Below, one piece after another: positions 48,122 to 57,076 of a DNA stretch of 64,000 nucleotides; within the stretch, counting starts at the first letter, position 1; each line of letters opens with the position of its first letter. The DNA lies in the NCBI GenBank assembly GCA_963751175.1, contig CAVVTM010000035.1, positions 25,035 through 89,034 on the forward strand, given 5' to 3'. The translations under genes and the position numbers were made by a program. The DNA is from an uncultured Actinomycetes bacterium. GTDB lineage: Bacteria; Actinomycetota; Actinomycetes; Streptosporangiales; Streptosporangiaceae. The notes under the pieces were generated by a model. It had not been told where the DNA came from. It ran no database searches and saw only the letters and a program-made list of their open reading frames with translations.

Positions 48122-49301
48122 ATGCGTGACCCGCTGACCGCTGAGGGCCTCGCCCGCTTCAGTGCGGCCGCGGCCGCACACGTGGGCGATGAGACCGTGC
48201 CCGGCCTCGTGGCGCTGGTCGCCCGGGGCGATCAGGTCCACGCCGAGGCGCTGGGCTCGCTGTCGATCGGCGGCCCTCCGGTACAGCGTGACTCGCTGTT
48301 CCGCATCGCGTCCATCACCAAGCCGGTGACCGGCGCGGCGACCCTGGCCCTGATCCGGGAGGGCCTGCTGGATCTGGACGAGCCGGTGGGCAGGCTGCTC
48401 CCGGAGCTGGCCGCACCGCGGGTGCTGCGCCGGATGGACGGGCCGCTGGATGACACCGTCCCGGCCAGCCGCTCGGTCACCGTAGGCGACCTGCTGACGT
48501 TCACGTTCGGCTTCGGCCTGGCACCCGGGATGTTCACTGCGGCGGAACCGTGGCCGGTCGTGTTGCGCTCACACGAGCTGCACCTGTCCACGATCGGGCC
48601 GCCGGACCCGGCCGAGCAGCCCGATCCCGATACCTGGATCGCCGGCCTCGGCTCGCTGCCGCTGCTGGCCCAGCCGGGCGAGCGGTGGTTGTACAACACC
48701 GGCGCGTCGGTACTCGGTGTGCTGCTCGCACGGGCTTCCGGGCAGCCGTTCGCGGACGTGCTCCGGACCCGTATCTTCGAGCCGCTCGGCATGCACGACA
48801 CGGGATTCTGGACGCCGCATACCGGCCGCCTCGCGTCCGCGTTCCGGTCCGCCGCCGGCGGCGGGCTCGAGGTCTGGGACAAGCCAGAAGGCCACTGGAG
48901 TCGGCCGCCGGCGTTCGGTGACGGAGCGGCCGGCTTGGTCTCCACCGCCGGACGACCTGCTCGCCTTCACGCGGATGCTGCTGCGCGGCGGGGATCCGGT
49001 GCTGCCGGCGGACCTGGTCTCCGCCATGACCCGGGACCAGCTGACCCCGGCCCAGAAGGCGCGCGGCGGCCTCGGCCCGGACTTCTTCACCGGCGTCAGC
49101 TGGGGCTTCTGCACCTCGGTGGTCACCGCCGGGCCGCGGGCGGGCGCGTTCGGGTGGGCCGGCGGGTCCGGAACCACGTGGCTGGCCGACCCGGTCCGCG
49201 GGCTCACGGTCATCGTGCTCACGCAGCGGATGTTCGACAGCCCTGCGCCCCCGCCAGTGCACGACGCACTGCAGGACGCGGCGTACGCTGCCCTCGCCTG
49301 A
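48122..49301 (+). pseudogene. serine hydrolase (beta-lactamase/PBP4-like family), apparent 1-nt insertion near 48947-48953
   Basis: SxxK 'FRIASITKPVTG' lies in ORF 48122... After 'GDGAAGLVST' the frame degenerates. The C-terminus 'DDLLAFTRMLLRGG...GWAGGSGTTWLADP...VIVLTQRMF' is in ORF 48717..49301. The sequence 'gccggacgac' would read in frame as 'gccgacgac'. Confidence 0.8.
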
Positions 49302-49410
49302 GCCCCGTCCCCGGGCCGGCTGCGCCACCCCGGCCCGCCCGTTACGGCACCTTCGGCCCATGCAACCGTGCGCCGGATACATGTGGTCTGTCGGGGCGAG
49401 GGGGGTGCCC

Positions 49411-49840
49411 ATGGATGCGCGGTCGGCCGAGGAGTTCCGCGAGTTCATGCACGGCCGGTGGCCGAGCATGGTCCGGCTCGCGTATGGGCTCACCGGCGAT
49501 CAGGGGCACGCGGAGGACGTCGTCCAGGCCGCATTCGCCCGCGCCTACGCGTCGTGGCCGCGGGTCACGCGGAGCGGCAACCCGGACGCCTACGTCCGCC
49601 AGATCGTGATCAACGAGAACCGGAACCTGTTCCGCCAAGCGCCGGGTGCCCGAGCGGCTCACCGACCAGCTGCCGGAGCGGAGCGTCGCCGACACGACCG
49701 GCCACCACGACGAGCGGCTGGCCCTGATCGCGGCCCTCCAGCGGCTGGGCCCCAGGCAGCGCGCCGTGGTGGTACTGCGCTACTGGGTGGGGCTCACCGA
49801 GACCGAGGCGGCGGTCACGCTGGGCTGCTCGGTCGGCGCG
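49411..49840 (+). pseudogene. ECF (SigE-like) sigma-70 family factor, frameshifted near 49634-49640 and with an aberrant 3-prime end
   Basis: Region 2 'FREFMHGRWPSMVRLAYGLTGDQGHAEDVVQAAFARAYASWPRV...DAYVRQIVINENRNLFR' lies in ORF 49360... Region 4 'LQRLGPRQRAVVVLRYWVGLTETEAAVTLGCSVG' lies in ORF 49646... After about 49838, GC and codon usage collapse and the frame runs into the microsatellite. Confidence 0.75.
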
Positions 49841-49965
49841 AGATCGGCTCAGGTCGCCCCAAGATCCTTTGAGGGACCACACTCACTGGCCACAACGGGC
49901 CACAAGGTCATGTTCAATTCTTCCCCGGCGAAATGGCGTATGACCTCCACTGGGCCCCGAATGTA

Positions 49966-50120
<155 letters not shown>

Positions 50121-50333
50121 GCAATGACAAATAACCCGGTACCTCTTATCCCAGCTGGCGGGGGCCGGGAAATGCCATGTGCCGGCCTCTGGGCGCTTTT
50201 CTTGCCGGGCGGGTGCCCGCCAGGCCCCGGACCCGGCCTGGCAGGCATCCCGGGGCCCGCCTGCCGGGCACCCGGGTTTCAGCGCCGGTCGGCCGTTCGG
50301 GCGCCCGGGCGGCGTGCCGCGAAAAGTCTGCAA

Positions 50334-50346
50334 GTAGATAATTATC
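50334..50346 (+). promoter_or_regulatory. AT-rich TAGATAATTATC element (contains the palindrome GATAATTATC) 10 nt upstream of the MATE start
   Basis: Read directly. It could be a -10-like element for a near-leaderless transcript or an operator half-site pair. Confidence 0.25.
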
Positions 50347-50355
50347 GCAATTACC

Positions 50356-51765
50356 ATGCGGGCCATGCCCTCCCCGGCGCCCCCTTCCCCCGCGCCCAGC
50401 CCAGCGCCCTGCCCTGCGCCCAGCGAGCTTCGGCGGCGGCGGCTCCTGCCTGCGCGCCGGAACCCGCACGACGCGGAAATACTGCGGCTCGCCGTGCCGG
50501 CCTTCGGGGCGCTGGTCGCCGAGCCGCTGTTTCTCTTCGCGGACTCGGTGATCGTCGGCCGGCTGGGCACCACCCCGCTCGGCGGGCTCGGCGTGGCCAG
50601 CCAGGCTCTCACGACGCTGGTGGGCATCTCGATCTTCCTGGCCTACGGGACCACGGCCGCGGTGGCGCGCCAGCTCGGCGCAGGGCACCGGGAGGCCGCG
50701 ATCCGCCAGGGCATCGACGGCCTCTGGCTGGCGGCCATCATCGGCGCGGTGGTCCTGGCCATCGGGTGGCCGCTGGCGCCGCAGATCGTGCACGCGTTCG
50801 GTGGCTCGCCCGGCGTCAGCCGTGAGGCCGCCACCTACCTGCGTATCAGCCTGCTCGGCGCGCCCTCCATGCTCGTGGTGCTGGCCGGGACGGGGGTGAT
50901 GCGCGGGCTGCAGGACACCCGGACGCCGCTGAGCGTCGCGGTGGCAGCCAACGTCCTCAACGTAGCCCTGAACGCTTTCCTGGTGCTCGGGGTGCACTGG
51001 GGCATCGCGGGCTCGGCCTGGGGCACGGTGTGCGCGCAGACCGTGGCGGCCACCGCGTACCTGGCTATGGTCGCCCGGGGGGCCCGGCGGGCCGGGGTGG
51101 GGTTCGCCCCCGATCTCACCGGCCTGCGGGCCGCCGCCGTCACCGGGGTGTCCCTGGTGATCCGCACGATCGCGCTGCAGGCGGTGCTGATCGTGATCAC
51201 CGCGGTCGCCGCCCGGCAGGGAAACGCGGCCATCGCCGCGCACCAGATCGCGTTCCGGGCCTGGACCCTGCTCGCCTTCGCGCTGGACGCGATCGCGATC
51301 GCGGGGCAGGCCATCACGGGCCGGTACCTGGGGGCCGGGGACGTGGCCGGTGCCCGGGCCGCCACCAACCGGATGACCGGCTGGGGGGTGGTCTACGGGG
51401 CGGTGTTCGGGGCGCTGCTGGTCGCGGCCATCCCGCTGCTGCCCGGCGTCTTCTCGGCCGCCCCCGATGTCCGCCGGCTCGTGCCTGCCGTGTTGCTGGT
51501 GGCCGCGGCGCAGCAGCCGGTCGCGGGGGTCGTGTTCGTGCTCGACGGCGTGCTGATCGGTGCCGGGGACCAGGACTACCTGGCGCTGGCCGGGCTGGCG
51601 GCGGCCGGCGTGTTCGCGGCCGGCGCAGCGCTGGTGATCGCGCACCACGGCGGCCTGGTCGCGTTGTGGCTGGCGTTCAGCCTGTGGCTGGTGGCGCGTT
51701 TCGTGACGCTCACCCTGCGCGCCCGGTCGTCGCAGTGGCTGGTCACCGGAGCGGTCCGCCGCTAG
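50356..51765 (+). CDS. MATE family efflux transporter (DinF-like)
   Basis: 'EILRLAVPAFGALVAEPLFLFADSVIVGRLGTTPLGGLGVAS...' and 12 TM segments arranged as two repeats. Confidence 0.9.
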   Translation: MRAMPSPAPPSPAPSPAPCPAPSELRRRRLLPARRNPHDAEILRLAVPAFGALVAEPLFLFADSVIVGRLGTTPLGGLGVASQALTTLVGISIFLAYGTTAAVARQLGAGHREAAIRQGIDGLWLAAIIGAVVLAIGWPLAPQIVHAFGGSPGVSREAATYLRISLLGAPSMLVVLAGTGVMRGLQDTRTPLSVAVAANVLNVALNAFLVLGVHWGIAGSAWGTVCAQTVAATAYLAMVARGARRAGVGFAPDLTGLRAAAVTGVSLVIRTIALQAVLIVITAVAARQGNAAIAAHQIAFRAWTLLAFALDAIAIAGQAITGRYLGAGDVAGARAATNRMTGWGVVYGAVFGALLVAAIPLLPGVFSAAPDVRRLVPAVLLVAAAQQPVAGVVFVLDGVLIGAGDQDYLALAGLAAAGVFAAGAALVIAHHGGLVALWLAFSLWLVARFVTLTLRARSSQWLVTGAVRR

Positions 51766-52017
51766 CCTGCGGCTGCCCCCGCCCCGGGCCGCGACGTGCG
51801 CACCCCGGAGGTAATGGGGGCGCCGGATTTCGGTAAGCCGGGCCCCTTGGCGAACTCCAGGGCAATAAATTGCGGATACAGAAACAATTGTTAGCTAGCC
51901 CACATATCTTTAGCTTCTGTCCCATTCGCGGGGAAGTTTCGGCTATTGTCGGCCACTGCCGGTCGTCATCTGCGCCTGGCACACAGTGATGAGCCGCGCA
52001 CCGAGCGCCAGAGGACA

Positions 52018-53682
52018 ATGAGCAGCGATACCAGTGCCATGGGGGGCATTCCTGCCCTGGAGCCACCCACCGTCCCGGCGGCACCGATGGCCCGGCAGGC
52101 CACCGGATTCGGGGCCCTGGCCCCCGGTCCGGCCCATGACCCGGTCACCCACGACCCCGCCGGCGACAGCCCCGCGCGCCGGGGCCGCGCACTCACCGTG
52201 GTGGCCGCGGCCGGCATCGGCGTCGCCACCCTGATCATGATCGCCGCGTCGCTGGTGCGCGGCGGCTGGATGCTGCCGCCGCTGATCATGCCGGCGGCGG
52301 GGCCGCCCTGGGAGCTGGCCATCCGGCATGTGTCCGCGGACCTGGTCACCTACGGGCTGTGGCTGGCGGCGGTGATCGGCGCCGGCGGCGTGGCGGCGGG
52401 CCTGCTCGCCATCCACCGCGGGACCCGGCTGAACCCGCGGATACTGCTCATCGCCGGCCTGATCATCGTGGCGGTGCTGACCGTGCTGCCGCCTGCCGGT
52501 TCCACGGACGCGCTGGACTATGCGACCTACGGCCGGCTCCTGGCCCTCGGCCACAGCCCGTACGTGACCGCCCCGGTGCACCTGCGTCACCTGCACAACG
52601 CGTTCGCCCGCTCCGTCCCCCATATCTGGGATCACTACGTGAGCGTCTACGGGCCGCTGGCCACCATGGAGCAGTTCCTGGCGGCCAAGCTTGGCGGCGC
52701 CTCCGCCGCGCGGATCACGTTCTGGCTCAAGCTGTGGAACTCGGGCGCGTTCGTGCTCGTCGCCGTCGTCCTGGACCGGCTGCTGCGGCACAACCCGGCG
52801 CAGCGGCTGCGTGCCCACCTGCTCTGGACGGTCAACCCGCTGCTGCTCTGGGACCTGGTCGCCGCCGGGCACCTGGACGTGCTCGCGGTCATGGCGGGCC
52901 TGCTCGGGTTGCTGATGCTCGGCGAGCAGCACGGCGCGGCCCGGCCGGGCCTGGGGCGGGCCGCGGCCGCGGGCGTCCTCCTCGGCATCGCCGCCGACAT
53001 CAAGATCAACTACGTGCTGCTCGGCCTGGGCGCGGCCTGGGCCCTGCGCCGGTCCCTGCCGGCCCTGGCCCTGGCGGGCGCGGCGGCCCTGGCGGTGCTC
53101 GTGCCCAGCTACGCCTACTTTGGGACGCACGCGGTCCGGGCCCTGCTCAGCCGGCGCAACCAGAGCAGCGCCGACAACTTCTACCGGGCACTCCTCCCCC
53201 ACGGCTGGCATCACGACTTCGGGATGATCGCCACCGTGCTGGTCATCGCCGTGGCGGTCCTGGCCCTGCGGCGGCTGCCGCCGGGCGCAGCGGCACGCCC
53301 CGCCATCCGGCCCACCGTGGCCCTGTGCGCCGCCTGGCTGTTCCTGTGGCCCTACCAGCTGCCCTGGTACGACGCGATGATCATCTGCGTGCTGGTCCTG
53401 TACCCCGCCTCGCGGCTGGACTGGCTGGTGCTGGCCCGGCTTACCGCCGGGACGATCGCCAACATGCCGGGCAACCCGTACCTCCAGCACAGCCATCTGC
53501 TCGTGGTCACCGACCACTTCGCGGTCCGGGCCCTGGCCCCTGTGGTGATGCTGGCCGCGGCGGCCGCCCTGGTGGCGCTCTGCGTGAGCGGCCGCTGGAA
53601 GCTGAGGGATTCTCCTGGGCCGGAGAGCGCGGCAGCGGGCGACGCCGGACGGCTGGCCCCGGCCGCCGGTCCGCTCTCCTGA
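52018..53682 (+). CDS. GT-C fold membrane glycosyltransferase (MptB/DUF2029-like mannosyltransferase)
   Basis: From ATG 52018. Multi-TM, with 'STDALDYATYGRLLALGHSPYVTAP...VYGPLAT...LWNSGAFVLVAVVLDRLL'. Confidence 0.6.
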   Translation: MSSDTSAMGGIPALEPPTVPAAPMARQATGFGALAPGPAHDPVTHDPAGDSPARRGRALTVVAAAGIGVATLIMIAASLVRGGWMLPPLIMPAAGPPWELAIRHVSADLVTYGLWLAAVIGAGGVAAGLLAIHRGTRLNPRILLIAGLIIVAVLTVLPPAGSTDALDYATYGRLLALGHSPYVTAPVHLRHLHNAFARSVPHIWDHYVSVYGPLATMEQFLAAKLGGASAARITFWLKLWNSGAFVLVAVVLDRLLRHNPAQRLRAHLLWTVNPLLLWDLVAAGHLDVLAVMAGLLGLLMLGEQHGAARPGLGRAAAAGVLLGIAADIKINYVLLGLGAAWALRRSLPALALAGAAALAVLVPSYAYFGTHAVRALLSRRNQSSADNFYRALLPHGWHHDFGMIATVLVIAVAVLALRRLPPGAAARPAIRPTVALCAAWLFLWPYQLPWYDAMIICVLVLYPASRLDWLVLARLTAGTIANMPGNPYLQHSHLLVVTDHFAVRALAPVVMLAAAAALVALCVSGRWKLRDSPGPESAAAGDAGRLAPAAGPLS

Positions 53683-53982
53683 GCCCGCCGCTTCCCAGAT
53701 GAGCTCAGCCCGGCCTTTCAGGCTGCCATCCGGTGCGCGGCGACCGTGCCTGAGGTCCCGTCACCACGGGGCCTACGGCCTTTACCCGAGATGGCGGCCG
53801 GAAGGCAGCCTGAAAACGGCAGGCAGGGAACAGCAAGCAGAGGAGACGACCACTATGGGCCCGATCGGCGAGTCAGGCAGGCAGGGGGAGCCGGCCGTTC
53901 CCGTGACCTGGCGGGTGGCCAGCCGCATCCCGGGCGGTCGCTTCCCGGGCAGGTGCTGCCTGAGCCGCCCGCCCGCCGCCGC

Positions 53983-54375
53983 GTGGTAGTTGTCGTGGCC
54001 GATGGCTCCCCGGACTCCGGCGCAGCGCTCCGGCAGGCCGCATCCCAGGCCAGGCAGCGCAACGCGCTGCTCGATATCGTCTACGTCATGCCGGCCAGCA
54101 CGGACGGTGCGGCGTCCCTCCTGGCCCGGGTGAGGCTCGGTGAGTTCACCAGGCGCGAGTGCCCGTACGGAACCGGCACCCCGGTGCGCTTCCGGGTGGA
54201 GTGCGGTGACCCGCAGGTCGTGCTGGGCCTCGCCGCGGCCGGGGCCGAGCTGCTGATCAACGGCATGCCCAGGCCGCCGCTTCCGGACGGCGAGCCCGGG
54301 GCCGCGCCCAGCGTCCCGGCCGCGCCGCGGCTCACGCGCTGGGTACACGCGCTGATCCCCGAGCCGGGGGCCTAA
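53983..54375 (+). CDS. universal-stress-protein-like domain protein (start uncertain)
   Basis: 'VVVVADGSPDSGAALRQAASQARQRNALLDIVYVMP...'. A strong RBS plus ATG at 53855 lies in another frame (see findings). Confidence 0.5.
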   Translation: MVVVVADGSPDSGAALRQAASQARQRNALLDIVYVMPASTDGAASLLARVRLGEFTRRECPYGTGTPVRFRVECGDPQVVLGLAAAGAELLINGMPRPPLPDGEPGAAPSVPAAPRLTRWVHALIPEPGA

Positions 54376-54391
54376 CCCGCGCGGGCCATCC

Positions 54392-55060
54392 CTAAGCCCG
54401 CACGGTGCCGCGGTCGGCAAAGGCCATGCTCCGCTGCAACGCCGCCGCCCGCAGGTCCTCCGCGATCTCCACCGGGCCGCCTAGCGCGGCCGCGTTGATG
54501 CCCGCCTGGGCAGCCTCCTCGACCACCCCGCCGACCGTGATGGCCAGCTCCGGGGAACGGTGGAAGACCAGCACGCCATGGTTGGCCAGGAGCACGGCGG
54601 GGACCCCCGGGATGACCGCGGCCCGGATGCCCGCGATCGCCTGCTCTGACCCGCGGGGCCCGTATTCTGCGACGGGAACCCCGGCGGCCAGGCCGAACAT
54701 CGCCAGGGCCTCGATCCAGCAGCCGATCGGCCGCCGGGCCACGGCGTAGGCCGTCGCGTACGGCGAGTGGGTGTGCACCACGCAGCCCACCTCAGGCTGG
54801 CCGGCGTACATGGCCGTGTGCATGGCCACCACGGCGCCCTGGATGGGGGGAAGCTCACCTTCCAGCAACGTTCCATCCAGCCCGACCCGCACCACCGCGC
54901 CGGCCGGGTGGTTGCGCAGCGAGGAGCCGGCGGTGAAGTACATCTCGGCGGCGCCGGGGACACGCAGGCTGACGTTGCCGTGCCCGTTCGCGGAGATCGC
55001 CCCGCTGGCCACCACCCGCTGGGCTGTGTCTATGACGCGCTCGACCAGGTCCTTATCCAT
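54392..55060 (-). CDS. class II aldolase/adducin-family protein
   Basis: 'ISANGHGNVSLRV...MHTAMYAGQPEVGCVVHTHSPYATAYA...LLANHGVLVF'. Confidence 0.85.
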   Translation of the reverse strand: MDKDLVERVIDTAQRVVASGAISANGHGNVSLRVPGAAEMYFTAGSSLRNHPAGAVVRVGLDGTLLEGELPPIQGAVVAMHTAMYAGQPEVGCVVHTHSPYATAYAVARRPIGCWIEALAMFGLAAGVPVAEYGPRGSEQAIAGIRAAVIPGVPAVLLANHGVLVFHRSPELAITVGGVVEEAAQAGINAAALGGPVEIAEDLRAAALQRSMAFADRGTVRA

Positions 55061-55319
55061 GACGCCCCCCTACCGCGGCCGCGCCGGGCGGGCCATCCGG
55101 TGGCCAGCACCGGATGCCCGGGCCGCATTCTCCGATGGAATCAAGTTAGCGCGGCCCCGGCCCCGAATTCCTGGGCCCGGCCGGGCGGCGCGGCACGTCC
55201 TGGCAGCTGGAAGGCATACATGACAGTTGCTCATGGGTTAGTTGATTTACTCTCATTGGACGCATGAGTCCTCGTCGGTGACACTGGATATCGAAGACCC
55301 CAGCCCTTAAGGAAGGAAC

Positions 55320-55541
55320 ATGAACAGCAACACCTCGCCGGTCACCCACCTGTGGGCCAGCGTCCGGGACGAGCTTCGGGAGGCCCGCGCGGCACGAGCC
55401 GCCCGCAAGGCCCTGGAGCACGACCTCGCCGGCTACACCTCGCAGGCCGACCTGAACGACCTCGGCGCGATCCTCGACCGCCACACCGCGGAGGAGACGG
55501 CGGACATCCGCCGCATCCTGGCCACCCGCCTCTCTGCCTGA
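55320..55541 (+). CDS. small hypothetical protein (73 aa)
   Basis: Good RBS 'AAGGAAGGAACATG' and high GC3. I did not recognise a family. Confidence 0.5.
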   Translation: MNSNTSPVTHLWASVRDELREARAARAARKALEHDLAGYTSQADLNDLGAILDRHTAEETADIRRILATRLSA

Positions 55542-55594
55542 TCACCACCGGGCCTGATCACCACCGGGCCCTGATCACCACCGGGCCTGATCAC
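55537..55594. repeat. 16/17-bp tandem repeat (CCTGATCACCACCGGG[C]) x about 3.5
   Basis: Units at 55537, 55553 and 55570, plus a partial unit at 55586. The first unit contains the stop codon of the small ORF. Confidence 0.9.
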
Positions 55595-55615
55595 ACTCAG
55601 GCCCGGGCCTGACTT

Positions 55616-55641
55616 CCCGCGGGGCCTGACGGCCCCGCGGG
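55616..55641. terminator. perfect 11-bp stem / 4-nt loop hairpin between convergent genes
   Basis: CCCGCGGGGCC-TGAC-GGCCCCGCGGG, 7 nt beyond the ricin-ORF stop. It is preceded by the 16-bp palindrome TCAGGCCCGGGCCTGA (55597-55612). No U-tract. Confidence 0.45.
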
Positions 55642-55647
55642 CTCACG

Positions 55648-56101
55648 TCAGGGCAGGCTCCACCGCTGGTTCGCCTGGCCAGTGCAGTCCCATATCTGGA
55701 GCTGGGTCCCCGGTGTGGTGGACCAGCCCGTATCGTCCAGGCACCTGCCGGACTGCGGGTTATCGAGAGAACCATTCAACTGCGGGATGAAGACCTGCGC
55801 GGCTGTGCCGTTGCAGTCGTACAGGTCCACCGTGGTTCCGTCAGCTGTTCCGCCGCCGTTGATATCCATGCACTTGCCCAGGACGTGCGGCGTGCTGCCC
55901 GCCTCGGCCACGGTCCACTGCTGGGCCGCGGTGCCGGTGCAGGTATAGACCTGCACCGGGTTGAAGTTCGCGGTGCTCGCGCCCCGGTCGTCTATGCACA
56001 GGCCGCCATAGCCCACGACGGGGCCGGTGGCGCCCCCCCCCGAGCCCGTTCCCCGTCGATCCCCCGCCAGTCTGGTACGCCGCGACATACGCCGCGCTCA
56101 T
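55648..56101 (-). pseudogene. ricin-type beta-trefoil lectin (CBM13-like) domain ORF, frame break at a C9 homopolymer; possibly the remnant of a larger enzyme
   Basis: Three QxW-type subrepeats ('AAQQWTV', 'AAQVFIP', 'ANQRWSL'). The upstream frame 'MSAAYVAAYQTGGGSTGNGLGGG' joins the lectin frame if the C9 run (56033-56041) were C8. There is no signal peptide. Confidence 0.6.
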
Positions 56102-56110
56102 CGTGGCCCC

Positions 56111-56158
56111 GGTCAGGCCGTAGCCGGGACGGTCAGGCCGTAGCCAGGCCGGTCAGGC
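56111..56158. repeat. 20-bp-period direct repeats (GGTCAGGCCGTAGCC core)
   Basis: Core copies at 56111-56125 and 56131-56145, a partial copy at 56151, and related GGCCGTAGCCAGGCC at about 56172. Confidence 0.8.
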
Positions 56159-56257
56159 AAACGGCCGGCCCGGCCGTAGCCAGGCCGGCCGCCTCCGGGC
56201 GGGAGCCCAGCGGTCCGGCCGCAGCCAGAGCGCGAAATTCGGCACCAGACCGCGGAT

Positions 56258-57076
56258 TCAGCCGGCCCGGCGGTAGGCGCGGATCGCGAGCGGCACGAAC
56301 ACGATGAAGATCCCGGCCAGCCACGCGATGCTCTTCCACAGCTCGGCCTGGATCGGCCCGCCGAGGGCCAGCGCGCGCATGGTGTTGACGACGTAGGTGA
56401 CCGGCTGGTTGTTGGCGAACGCCTGCAGCCAGCCCGGCATGGACGAGACGGGCACGAACGCCGAGCTGACGAACGTCAGCGGGAACAGCCAGATCAGCCC
56501 GAACGCCTGCACCGACTCCTCGTCACCGATGGCCAGCCCGGTGAAGGCCGCGATACAGCAGATGGCCAGCCCGAACACGGTGGCGAGCACCACCATGAGG
56601 ACCGCGGGGACGAACCCGTTCTGGAACCGGAACCCGACCGCGTACCCCACCCCGACGATGATCAGGATCGTGACAAGCATCCGCCCGGTGTCCGCGACCA
56701 GGCGGCCGGCCAGCACCGCCGATCGCGCCATCGGCATCGAGCGCAGCCGGTCGATCACGCCCTTCTGGAGTTCCTGCGCCAGCGCGATGGCCGTCCCGAA
56801 CGTCGCGAACGCCGCGCTCTGCGCGATGATCCCGGGCATCAGGAAGTTGACGTAGGTCGTGCCCTGGACTGGGATCGCGCCCCCGAACACGAACGCGAAC
56901 AACAGCACGAACATGACTGGCTGGATGACGGTAAAGACGATGTACGCGGGCACGCGTATCCAGACCAGCAGGTTCCGCCGGGCAATGGTGAGCGTGTCGC
57001 TCACCGCCCAGCGGGCCTGGGTGAACAGGCTCGGGTCGCCGACTGGTGACGGCGCTGGAATGGTGACGGCGGTCAT
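56258..57076 (-). CDS. ABC-2 type transporter permease (DrrB-like)
   Basis: 272 aa, 6 TM segments. 'TIARRNLLVWIRVPAYIVFTVIQPVMFVLLF'. The start overlaps the ATPase stop. Confidence 0.85.
   Translation of the reverse strand: MTAVTIPAPSPVGDPSLFTQARWAVSDTLTIARRNLLVWIRVPAYIVFTVIQPVMFVLLFAFVFGGAIPVQGTTYVNFLMPGIIAQSAAFATFGTAIALAQELQKGVIDRLRSMPMARSAVLAGRLVADTGRMLVTILIIVGVGYAVGFRFQNGFVPAVLMVVLATVFGLAICCIAAFTGLAIGDEESVQAFGLIWLFPLTFVSSAFVPVSSMPGWLQAFANNQPVTYVVNTMRALALGGPIQAELWKSIAWLAGIFIVFVPLAIRAYRRAG

Noticed and set aside
56033-56041. Phase-variable expression of the ricin-lectin ORF through the C9 tract
   Set aside because: This is possible in principle. However, the same window shows about ten other homopolymer-associated frame breaks in housekeeping-type genes, so consensus error is more likely.
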